This document shows positions 56,273 through 64,000 of a stretch of 64,000 nt of DNA, one piece after another. The translations under genes and the position numbers were made by a program. The DNA is from Acidimicrobiia bacterium (GTDB lineage Bacteria; Actinomycetota; Acidimicrobiia; Acidimicrobiales; JANYDT01): contig JAYSSK010000136.1 of assembly GCA_043720595.1 (NCBI GenBank), positions 7,478 to 71,477 of the forward strand. Reading direction: 5' to 3'. The notes beneath the pieces were generated by a model that saw only the letters and a program-made list of their open reading frames with translations, was not told the origin of the DNA and did not search any database. Positions within the stretch are counted from its first letter, which is position 1. The number at the start of each line of letters is the position of its first letter.

Positions 56273-57538
56273 TCAGTTGCCACCCTCGTTGAGCGTGATG
56301 GTTGCGGCGGTGAATCCGGCGCCCTTCACATCGACTCCGGCTGCGCCCCATGCTTCGTGGCTCTTCATCACGAAATCGTTGGTGAACGCTGTGGCATCGA
56401 CAGGCTTGGTGAGCACAGTTGCGCCTTCGGCGTTCTTGGTTTCCGCTGCGACCTTCACCGTCTGATCCCACTGTGCCTGGGTGATGGTGCCGATACCGCC
56501 GGTAGATGGCCAGATGAGCTTGTTGATTTCGTTCATCTGCCATTGTTGGTGGCTCTTGCCGAGCTTTGAGCCCTTAGCAACGACAATGTCGACGCACGCA
56601 TCGGCGTTATCCCGGCAGAACACCCAACCCTGAATTGACGCGTTGACGAACCGCTGGGTTTGGTCGGCGTAAGCGGCGTCGGCGAGCTTGTCGCCGTTTG
56701 CCCACACGGCGTCTTGCAACATTGCCGTACCCTCGTCGTTCCAGTTGATGACACTGAACTGATCGGCCGTGTACAAATTGCCGTCAGGGCCTTTAGTTTC
56801 GAGCAGCTGCGCGTACTCGTTATACGTCATTGCTTGGGCTGCGTCGATCTCCTTTTTGAGCAGCGCCTGCATGTCGAAGTTCTGCTGCACCAGTTCGACG
56901 TCGGCAGCGGGGTCGAGGCCGGCCTTTGTCATGCCGGCAAAGAGCTCGAACTCGTTGCCGAAGCCCCAGTTGCCGACCTTTTTCCCCTTCAGGTCTGCTG
57001 AACCTGCGATGCCTGAGTCTTTCCACGAGACCTGCAGTGTTCCTGATCGTTCAAAGATCTGTGCGACGTTGACGATGTTCGCCCCCTGCTCACGCGATGC
57101 AAGTGCCTTTGGTACCCAGGAAATTGCATAGTCGGCTGCGCCGGTGGCGAGCTGAGTTTGCGGCACGATGTCGACACCGCCTTCAAGGATGGTCACGTCG
57201 AGACATTGTTCTTTGTAGAACCCTTTGTCGACAGCTGCGTAGTAGCCAGCGAACTGCGCCTGGGTAAACCATTGCAGCTGCAGTTTGACTGGGGTCAGGT
57301 CTGTGCAGGCGGCCGCTGCAGCAACAGCAACGGTGGTATCGGTTGTTGCTGCAACCGTGTTGTCTGTGGTCTCGGCCGCGACGGTCGTCTCGGTCACGGC
57401 TGCGTCGGTGGCTGGCGCCTCGGTGACTGAAGCGTCGGTCGTGGTTGTGTCGTCTGCGGCGTCGCTGCCGCATGCAGCGAGTCCGAGCAAAGCCACGGCG
57501 GCTAAAGCAGTCAGGCGGACGGTGATGTTTGGTCTCAT
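56273..57538 (-). CDS. NMT1/THI5-like ABC substrate-binding lipoprotein (probably pyrimidine/nucleobase)
   Basis: Lipobox LAACG, Thr/Ala linker, LQLQWFTQAQFAGYY, AMTYNE; RBS AAAGGA before ATG 57538. Confidence 0.9.
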   Translation of the reverse strand: MRPNITVRLTALAAVALLGLAACGSDAADDTTTTDASVTEAPATDAAVTETTVAAETTDNTVAATTDTTVAVAAAAACTDLTPVKLQLQWFTQAQFAGYYAAVDKGFYKEQCLDVTILEGGVDIVPQTQLATGAADYAISWVPKALASREQGANIVNVAQIFERSGTLQVSWKDSGIAGSADLKGKKVGNWGFGNEFELFAGMTKAGLDPAADVELVQQNFDMQALLKKEIDAAQAMTYNEYAQLLETKGPDGNLYTADQFSVINWNDEGTAMLQDAVWANGDKLADAAYADQTQRFVNASIQGWVFCRDNADACVDIVVAKGSKLGKSHQQWQMNEINKLIWPSTGGIGTITQAQWDQTVKVAAETKNAEGATVLTKPVDATAFTNDFVMKSHEAWGAAGVDVKGAGFTAATITLNEGGN

Positions 57539-57599
57539 GTTTGGTCCTTTGTTGTTGTGGTGATGGTGGTGGGTGTTGAGAGGGCAGCTGCGAATGAAC

Positions 57600-58415
57600 T
57601 CAGACGTCGGACAGTTTTCGTTTTGCCTGCCAAGGCAGGACAAGTGCTTCAAGCACCAGGCCCGCTAGATAGAAGGCGAGGCCGGTGAGGATTGCGGCGG
57701 TGATGTAGCCCCATGCCTTAGGCGTCTGGGACAGTTTCATCGCACTCGCTACCCGCGCTCCGAGACCATTCTGCTTGCCGCCGAAGTATTCAACGACAAC
57801 AGCAGCAATAACGGACAACGAGGCAGCGACTCTGACGCCGGTCATGAGGAACGGCAACGCATTAGGGATACGGACCTTGCGCATGATTGCGCCGTCGGAC
57901 GCGCCGTATGAACGCATCAGCTCTTGGTGCACGGGGTCGACCTGGGTGAGGCCAGAAACAAGATTCACGAAGACCGGGAAGAACGCGACCATTGCCACAA
58001 CAACACGCCTGGCTGCATCTGAAGTGGCGCCGAGCATGTTGTAGAACACTGGTCCAAGCGCCACGATCGGCATCGTGTTGAATGCAGCGGAAACGGGCTT
58101 CAGCAGGTCTCGGACGATACTGAATCGTTGGGCCACCATTGCGGCCAGCACGGCGAACGTGATGCCGAGCAAGAGTCCAACGAGCGCGTTCGTGGCAGTC
58201 GACCGAGCAGCAGTGAGGAAGAGAGTCTTTTGCTGATCGTCGAAGAGCCGATCTTTGTCCTTCCACAGCTCACGCCCGATGGCGGACGGCGTCGGGAGCA
58301 GGAAGGGCTTGATGTTGCGCCAGTTCACGAAGTTCTCCCACGCCAATAGGAACAACGCACCCCAGGACAGCGGGAGGATGGCGGCTCGGACCTGGCGCAG
58401 CATTGAGTTGCTCAT
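57600..58415 (-). CDS. ABC permease (NitT/TauT family)
   Basis: LLPTPSAI, PIVAL, FFPVF, ELMRSYGAS, IPNALP, VVVEYF. Confidence 0.92.
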   Translation of the reverse strand: MSNSMLRQVRAAILPLSWGALFLLAWENFVNWRNIKPFLLPTPSAIGRELWKDKDRLFDDQQKTLFLTAARSTATNALVGLLLGITFAVLAAMVAQRFSIVRDLLKPVSAAFNTMPIVALGPVFYNMLGATSDAARRVVVAMVAFFPVFVNLVSGLTQVDPVHQELMRSYGASDGAIMRKVRIPNALPFLMTGVRVAASLSVIAAVVVEYFGGKQNGLGARVASAMKLSQTPKAWGYITAAILTGLAFYLAGLVLEALVLPWQAKRKLSDV

Positions 58416-58420
58416 TGCAG

Positions 58421-59296
58421 CTACCGGTCCTCTACGGTTGCACCGGAGCCTTGACCGGAGCCTTGACCGGAGCCTTGACCGCCCTCGACAGCACGGAGCG
58501 CTTCGCGTACCTCGGTGATCTTCGCGAAGAACATGGATGTCTCGCGCGCAGCGTCGTTGCGATCTCCAAGCTGGACGTCCACAACCTTGGTAATACGCCC
58601 AGGACGCGGGGACATCACGACAACACGGTCGCTAAGATAAACAGCCTCGGGAATGGAATGCGTGACGAAGATGGTGGTCTTCCCTGTCGCAGCGCAGATA
58701 CGCATGAGTTCGGCTTGCATGTGTTCGCGCGTCATTTCGTCGAGCGCCCCGAATGGTTCGTCCATCAGCAGCAGGGCCGGATCAATAGATAACGCGCGTG
58801 CGATGGCAACTCGTTGCTGCATACCGCCCGAAAGCTCCCACGGGTAGTGGTCTGAAAACTCGGCAAGCTTCACGAGGTCCAGCATTTCCGCTGCCCGAGC
58901 AGACCTCCGGGAACGGTCCCACCCGCGCAGTTCCAGCGGCAGTTCGACATTGCGCCGGACGGTGCGCCAGTCGAACAAACCAGCTTGCTGAAACGCCATG
59001 CCGTAGTCGAGGTCGAGTCGCGCCTGTTGCGCCGATTTGTTGTTGACCCGGATAGACCCACCGGTCGGCTGACTGAGATCTGCAATGAGTCGAAGCAGAG
59101 TTGATTTGCCGCATCCTGAAGGACCGATGAGCGAAACGAACTCGCCCGCTGCAACGGACAGCGTGACTCCGGATAAAGCATCAACCTGGTTCGCCTTTCC
59201 TCGGTTGAAGATTTTGTCCAGGCCATCCACGGTGACAACTGAATTATCGCTCGACGGCGAGTCGGCCTGTACTGCTTCGTTCATATTCCCGTTCAT
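58421..59296 (-). CDS. ABC ATP-binding protein (NitT/TauT family)
   Basis: GPSGCGKST, LSGGMQQR, DEPFGALD, VTHSI. Confidence 0.95.
   Translation of the reverse strand: MNGNMNEAVQADSPSSDNSVVTVDGLDKIFNRGKANQVDALSGVTLSVAAGEFVSLIGPSGCGKSTLLRLIADLSQPTGGSIRVNNKSAQQARLDLDYGMAFQQAGLFDWRTVRRNVELPLELRGWDRSRRSARAAEMLDLVKLAEFSDHYPWELSGGMQQRVAIARALSIDPALLLMDEPFGALDEMTREHMQAELMRICAATGKTTIFVTHSIPEAVYLSDRVVVMSPRPGRITKVVDVQLGDRNDAARETSMFFAKITEVREALRAVEGGQGSGQGSGQGSGATVEDR
58442..58481. repeat. 12-bp tandem repeat x3.3 encoding a GQGS tail
   Basis: ACCGGAGCCTTG x3 + ACCG. Confidence 0.85.
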
Positions 59297-60222
59297 GCTG
59301 CTGTGCCTCCAGCTGAAGACTTCGGAAGGTGTCGCGTGAGGATGTACTCCGCCAGCCCGACGAGTGCCGCGACGACGAGCCCCAGGACGGCCGCGCCCAT
59401 GAACGCCGTGAACACCCGCGATGGGTCACCAGAGGCCTTCTGGAAGTAGTCGATGATGAGTCTGCCAATGCCGCCCTTCAACCCAATGGAAATTTCGGCC
59501 ACGATCGTGCCAACCACGGCCTGCGCCGCGCCGAGCTTGAGCGCTGGTATCAAGTGCGGGATCGATGCTGGCAGCCGGAGTTTCACAACCGTCTGCCACC
59601 AAGTTGCGGCAAACGTATCCATTAGTTCGACGGATTGAATCTTGGGAGACTTGAGCCCGCGCAACGCGCCGATAGTGATGGGAAAAAAGGCAAGGTACCC
59701 GGCCATCCCCGTAGCTGACAACCAAGGCTTCCATTCGTACGGCCCAAGGCTCAGCGATCCACCCCAACCGGCGATGAGCGGAGCGAGTGCGATCAGCGGC
59801 ACCGTCTGTGATAGCACCACATACGGAATCCACGCCTGTTCGGCCAGCCGCACTCGTTGCATCAACAGAGCAAGAACCATCCCGACGAGGCACGCGACGA
59901 CGAAGCCCCCGACTGCCAAGCGGAACGAATACCAGCCGCCAGACAGAACTGCAGTCCCGACGCGGCGACCCTGCCCTCGAACGTCTTCCTGGAAGAACGA
60001 ACTCCAAATTTCGCCGATTCCAGGCATCGACGCGTCGTCGGTACTGATAATTCCGATCTTCTTGTCATTGCCACCGGAAGCCTTCAGCACTTGCCAGAAC
60101 ACGCCGATCAGCCCGAGTCCCCCTACGCCCAGCAACAATTGACGAACGCGCCCCGAGAGGGTGCTACCTCGTGTTGCAACGCCAGTCGTGAGCCCGGTAT
60201 CGGTCGACACCGGGTTGCTCAC
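59293..60222 (-). CDS. ABC permease (NitT/TauT family)
   Basis: SQTVPLIALAP, FFPI, LRLPASIP, IVAEIS. Confidence 0.92.
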   Translation of the reverse strand: MSNPVSTDTGLTTGVATRGSTLSGRVRQLLLGVGGLGLIGVFWQVLKASGGNDKKIGIISTDDASMPGIGEIWSSFFQEDVRGQGRRVGTAVLSGGWYSFRLAVGGFVVACLVGMVLALLMQRVRLAEQAWIPYVVLSQTVPLIALAPLIAGWGGSLSLGPYEWKPWLSATGMAGYLAFFPITIGALRGLKSPKIQSVELMDTFAATWWQTVVKLRLPASIPHLIPALKLGAAQAVVGTIVAEISIGLKGGIGRLIIDYFQKASGDPSRVFTAFMGAAVLGLVVAALVGLAEYILTRHLPKSSAGGTAA

Positions 60223-61253
60223 GATTTGGCGAGGGCGCGCGTTGTGAGGGCTGGAATGATCTTCTCGCCATAGGCGCTCAGTGTGCGGTCTTTGTCGTTG
60301 TGCTGCAAATAGACCGCGTACTGGTTGACGCCGAGTCGTTTCAGTTCCTCGATTCGTTCGATGTGATGGTCTACCGGGCCTAGCAGACAGAAGCGGTCGA
60401 TGACCTCGTCTGGAACAAAGTCAGTGTGCGTATTACCTGCTTTGCCATGCTCGTTGTAATCGTAACCGTGCTTAGCTTTGATGTAGTCGGTGAGGGCTTG
60501 CGGAACGCCTCCCCCGCCGCCCGCCCCATAACGCTCCACCAGATCAGAAACGTGGTTACCAACCATCCCTCCGAACCATCGACACTGATCACGTGCCTCG
60601 AGGAGTTGAGCGTCGGATCCGTCGGTGACGTACGCCGGTGCCGCAACGCAGATGGTGATGTCATCGGGGTTACGACCTGCGTCGGATGCTGCCGAGCGGA
60701 CCGCGTCGATGGTCCACTTGGCGATGGAGGGGTCAGCAAGTTGCAAGATGAACCCGTCGGCAATTTCGCCCGCCATCTGCAGCATTTTGGGGCCATACGC
60801 CGCTAGCCAGATCTGCAGTTCGCTGCCTCTACTCCACGGAAAACGCAACGTTGAGCCCTTGTACTCGCACTGCCGCCCACTAGCCAATTCGCGAATGACA
60901 TGAACAGCCTCGCGGATCTCGCCGAGCCCCACCGGTTTCCCGTTGGTCACCCGCACCGCGGAATCGCCACGACCGATGCCGCACACGGTGCGATTGCCGA
61001 ACATCTCGTTGAGGGTTGCATAGACGGAAGCCGTGACGGTCCAGTCCCGCGTTGCAGGGTTGGTGACCATTGGCCCAACGATCACCTTGCGGGTCTCGGC
61101 CAGGATCTGGCTGTAGATCACGTAGGGCTCTTGCCACAAAATGTGACTGTCGAACGTCCACACGTGGCTGAAGCCGTATGCCTCGGCGCGTTTCGCCAGC
61201 TCAATCACACGGCGTGCTGGGGGATCAGTCTGGAGAACAACTCCGATGTCCAT
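60219..61253 (-). CDS. LLM-class F420-dependent oxidoreductase (TIGR03842-like, pyrimidine-cluster type)
   Basis: MDIGVVLQTDPP, WTFDSHILWQEP, GIGRGDSA, CRWFGGMVGNHV, YDYNEHG. Confidence 0.9.
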   Translation of the reverse strand: MDIGVVLQTDPPARRVIELAKRAEAYGFSHVWTFDSHILWQEPYVIYSQILAETRKVIVGPMVTNPATRDWTVTASVYATLNEMFGNRTVCGIGRGDSAVRVTNGKPVGLGEIREAVHVIRELASGRQCEYKGSTLRFPWSRGSELQIWLAAYGPKMLQMAGEIADGFILQLADPSIAKWTIDAVRSAASDAGRNPDDITICVAAPAYVTDGSDAQLLEARDQCRWFGGMVGNHVSDLVERYGAGGGGGVPQALTDYIKAKHGYDYNEHGKAGNTHTDFVPDEVIDRFCLLGPVDHHIERIEELKRLGVNQYAVYLQHNDKDRTLSAYGEKIIPALTTRALAKS

Positions 61254-61362
61254 ACGTTCCTCGGTCGCACCGCCGGGCGGGAGGCCGGCTGTGAAGCCGG
61301 GCAGCGGTGCTGGGGCCGACTCTACCGACAGTTCGTGATGACGTGTCCAGTTTCGGCCGGAC

Positions 61363-61412
61363 GCGACACACCCTTCACGCCGCTGTAACGGCAGTGAAGG
61401 GTGTGATGTCGC
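61363..61412. promoter_or_regulatory. Long intergenic stem-loop between mmsA and the LLM gene
   Basis: Perfect 12-bp arms CACACCCTTCAC/GTGAAGGGTGTG, inner GCCG/CGGC, outer GCGA/TCGC. Confidence 0.55.
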
Positions 61413-61450
61413 TGCGCCGGGAGTCGGCCGGAAGTCGGCCGGGAGTCAGC

Positions 61451-62947
61451 TCAGCGGGTCTGTGGGAAACCCAGGTCGACGCTCGATGTGGCCGGGTCAG
61501 GCCAGCGGCTAGTGACAACCTTGGTGCGGGTGAAGAAGTGAATACCGTCTGGGCCATACATGTGGGTGTCGCCGAACAGTGAGGACTTCCAGCCGCCGAA
61601 CGAGTAATAGGCAACGGGCACCGGGATGGGCACGTTGACGCCAACCATGCCTGCCTGGATTTCGAACTGGAATTGACGCGCAGCGCCGCCGTCCCGGGTG
61701 AAAATGGCAACGCCGTTGCCATACGGGTGGTCGTTCACCAGGCGGACCGCTTCTTCGTAGGTTTTGACACGCACCACTGCCAGCACCGGGCCGAAGATTT
61801 CTTCGTCGTACACGCGCATGCCTGGCTTCACCTTGTCGACCAACGAGATGCCGAGGAAGAACCCCTTTGACGCAACGCCGGTGAACTTCTGCTTCCGGCC
61901 GTCGAGGACGACTTTGCCACCTTCGGCGACCGCAGTGTCGAGATAGCTGGCTACCTTGTCTCGGTGTTCTCGCGTGATGAGCGGGCCCATGTCAGACGAT
62001 GGGTCCATGCCATCGCCGATGACGAGCTGCTTCACCCGGTCTTTGATCTTGGAGATCAACGGGTCGGCCGAATTGCCGACGCACACCAGCACGCTGATGG
62101 CCATGCAGCGCTCGCCGGCAGACCCGTATGCGGCCGAAACAGCAGCGTCTGCAGCCATGTCGAGATCGGCATCGGGAAGCACCACCATGTGGTTCTTCGC
62201 GCCGCCCAGGGCCTGGACCCGCTTGCCGTTCTTGGTACCCGTCTCGTAGATGTAGCGGGCGATGGGCGTCGAACCGACGAAGCTCACTGCAGAGATGTCT
62301 GGGTGGCTGAGGATCCGGTCAACTGCAACCTTGTCGCCGTTGACCACGTTGAGCACGCCGTTCGGCAAGCCAGCCTGTTTCAGGAGATCGGCCAGGAACA
62401 GCGAAGGTGAGGGGTCCTTTTCGGACGGTTTGAGGATGAACGTGTTGCCACACGCAATCGCGTTGGCGAGCATCCAGAGCGGCACCATTGCAGGAAAGTT
62501 GAACGGCGTGATGCCAGCCACAACGCCAAGCGGCTGGCGCAGCGAGTAGACATCGACGCCAGTCGCAGCCTGCTCGCTCATCCCGCCTTTCATGAGGTGA
62601 GGGATGCCGGTTGCGAACTCGACGTTCTCCAAGCCGCGGGCGAGTTCGCCCATCGCGTCGCTGAGCACTTTGCCGTGTTCGGCGGTGAGTAGCGACGCAA
62701 TCTCTTTGCGGTTGGCGTCAATGAGCTCACGGAAATGGAACATCACCTCCGCGCGGCGGCTGAGCGATGTCGACCGCCACGATGGAAACGCCGCCTTCGC
62801 TATGGCGACGGCACTGTCCATTTCTTTGACGCTGGCGAGGTCTACCTCTGCCTGCTGCTCGCCTGTTGCAGGGTTGTACACCGGGCTGCGTTTGCCGGAC
62901 TTGCCCGGGACGATTTGGCCGTCTATCCAGTGGCTGATGCGCTTCAT
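61451..62947 (-). CDS. mmsA: CoA-acylating (methyl)malonate-semialdehyde dehydrogenase
   Basis: ITPFNFP, KPSE, FVGSTP, GGAKNH, AGERCMA, EEIFGP, GVNVPIPVP, FGGWK. Confidence 0.95.
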   Translation of the reverse strand: MKRISHWIDGQIVPGKSGKRSPVYNPATGEQQAEVDLASVKEMDSAVAIAKAAFPSWRSTSLSRRAEVMFHFRELIDANRKEIASLLTAEHGKVLSDAMGELARGLENVEFATGIPHLMKGGMSEQAATGVDVYSLRQPLGVVAGITPFNFPAMVPLWMLANAIACGNTFILKPSEKDPSPSLFLADLLKQAGLPNGVLNVVNGDKVAVDRILSHPDISAVSFVGSTPIARYIYETGTKNGKRVQALGGAKNHMVVLPDADLDMAADAAVSAAYGSAGERCMAISVLVCVGNSADPLISKIKDRVKQLVIGDGMDPSSDMGPLITREHRDKVASYLDTAVAEGGKVVLDGRKQKFTGVASKGFFLGISLVDKVKPGMRVYDEEIFGPVLAVVRVKTYEEAVRLVNDHPYGNGVAIFTRDGGAARQFQFEIQAGMVGVNVPIPVPVAYYSFGGWKSSLFGDTHMYGPDGIHFFTRTKVVTSRWPDPATSSVDLGFPQTR

Positions 62948-63021
62948 GACAGGTGTAGCTCCTTCAGGCGGGCGATGATGGTGCCGACAGCCTAAACGAG
63001 TCTCACGGAACAGACGATCAA

Positions 63022-63570
63022 ATGTCAGGACAAATGGAAACGGCATCCCTTCGGGTGCGCCCAGGGCCTTCAGGCGTCGATGTAGCAGTCACGCGCATCT
63101 GGCCGTCGACGCATCGTTTCTCGCTCCTCGATCAGGTTGCGGTTCGGCTTTCGCAGTTGGGCGAAGTGAGTGCCGTTTGGTTCTTGATCACTGCTCTGGC
63201 AGCAGCCACGGTGCTGGTGTCCACAGGCCAGGCGATCCTGCTTGGCGTCGGCATCATTGGTGAATGGGTACTCACGAATCGGGTGGTCAAGCGCTTCATC
63301 TGGCGAGAGCGTCCCACCCCGCAGCACCCCGACCCGCGTGGCGTGCGACGTCCCTCGTCATCCAGCCTGCCCTCGGGGCATTCGTCGGCTTCTGCGTTCG
63401 CTGCGGTGTTCGTGGGATCCACGACCGGCTGGGCATTGCCAATGGGGGCGTTGGCGTTCCTGCTCGGCTGTTCGCGGTTCCACTTGCGGGTGCACTACCC
63501 CACCGACGTCTTTGCAGGTTGGGCCTGGGGTGCCGTTCTCGGGGGCGCAGCGTTGTTGGTGGTTCGTTAA
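63022..63570 (+). CDS. PAP2 family phosphatase
   Basis: KRFIWRERP, SLPSGHS, SRFHLRVHYPTDV. Confidence 0.9.
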   Translation: MSGQMETASLRVRPGPSGVDVAVTRIWPSTHRFSLLDQVAVRLSQLGEVSAVWFLITALAAATVLVSTGQAILLGVGIIGEWVLTNRVVKRFIWRERPTPQHPDPRGVRRPSSSSLPSGHSSASAFAAVFVGSTTGWALPMGALAFLLGCSRFHLRVHYPTDVFAGWAWGAVLGGAALLVVR

Positions 63571-63578
63571 CGAATCGC

Positions 63579-64000
63579 TTAGACGAGGTACTGGCTCAGG
63601 CCACGTTTGACGTAGCTACCGTGTCCTTTGCGGCCCTTGTATTTACCCTTGTCGATGATGGTGCGGCCGCGACTGATGACCGTCTCGCACGTGCCGTTGA
63701 TCTGTTCTCCTTCGTAGGCGGAGTAGTCCACCGCCATGTGGTGCATCTCGACACCGAGGGTCTGCGTTGCTGAGGGGTTATAGATGACGATGTCGGCGTC
63801 GGCCCCGGGGACGATGACACCCTTCTTGCCGTACAGACCGAACATCCGCGCCGGCGTTGTGGAAGACACTTCGACGAATCGTTCGAGCGAGATGTTGCCG
63901 TCGTGAACGCCTTGGTACAACAGGTCCATGCGGTGCTCGACCCCGGCCATTCCGTTTGGGATCTTCGAGAAGTCACCGCGGCCAAGCTCCTTCTGTTCCT
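63579..64000 (-). CDS. hydA: Dihydropyrimidinase, 3' part (continues beyond window)
   Basis: GRGDFSKIPNGMAGVEHR, PARMFGL..KKG..PGADADIV, VDYSAYEG. Confidence 0.92.
   Translation of the reverse strand, partial: EQKELGRGDFSKIPNGMAGVEHRMDLLYQGVHDGNISLERFVEVSSTTPARMFGLYGKKGVIVPGADADIVIYNPSATQTLGVEMHHMAVDYSAYEGEQINGTCETVISRGRTIIDKGKYKGRKGHGSYVKRGLSQYLV

Noticed and set aside
57539-57652. Poly-His stretch (THHHHHNNK) upstream of the THI5-like SBP
   Set aside because: It lies upstream of the RBS and signal peptide; an A/C-rich untranslated leader.

Overview
High-GC bacterial chromosome segment, inferred to be Actinomycetota and probably Acidimicrobiia (F420-dependent LLM enzymes, a conservon, Rv2744c-type PspA, many leaderless TANNNT-N6-start genes). 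The backbone is the conserved actinobacterial ndk-mreBCD-pbp2-rodA-rne-rplU-rpmA-obgE-proB...nadD-rsfS...leuS region on the minus strand, interrupted by accessory blocks, with a pyrimidine-catabolism/ABC cluster at the right end. Top observation: the ORF track splits one gene at 12044-12607 at an in-frame TGA that reads ...AYGH-U-GSC..., followed by a SECIS-like hairpin. This is a probable UGSC-type selenoprotein translationally coupled to a 366-aa protein of unknown function. Other points of interest: an AAA+ ATPase / membrane coiled-coil / PspA (ESCRT-III-like) operon; a conservon whose sensor has a chemoreceptor-like ectodomain; a degenerate, membrane-anchored acyl-CoA-ligase-like protein inside a Liv-type ABC operon; a frameshifted proB with no proA nearby; a structured 74-bp direct repeat after tRNA-Ala(GGC); and a PBP2 with a long Pro/Thr insert. 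All family assignments are by motif recognition; no searches were run.
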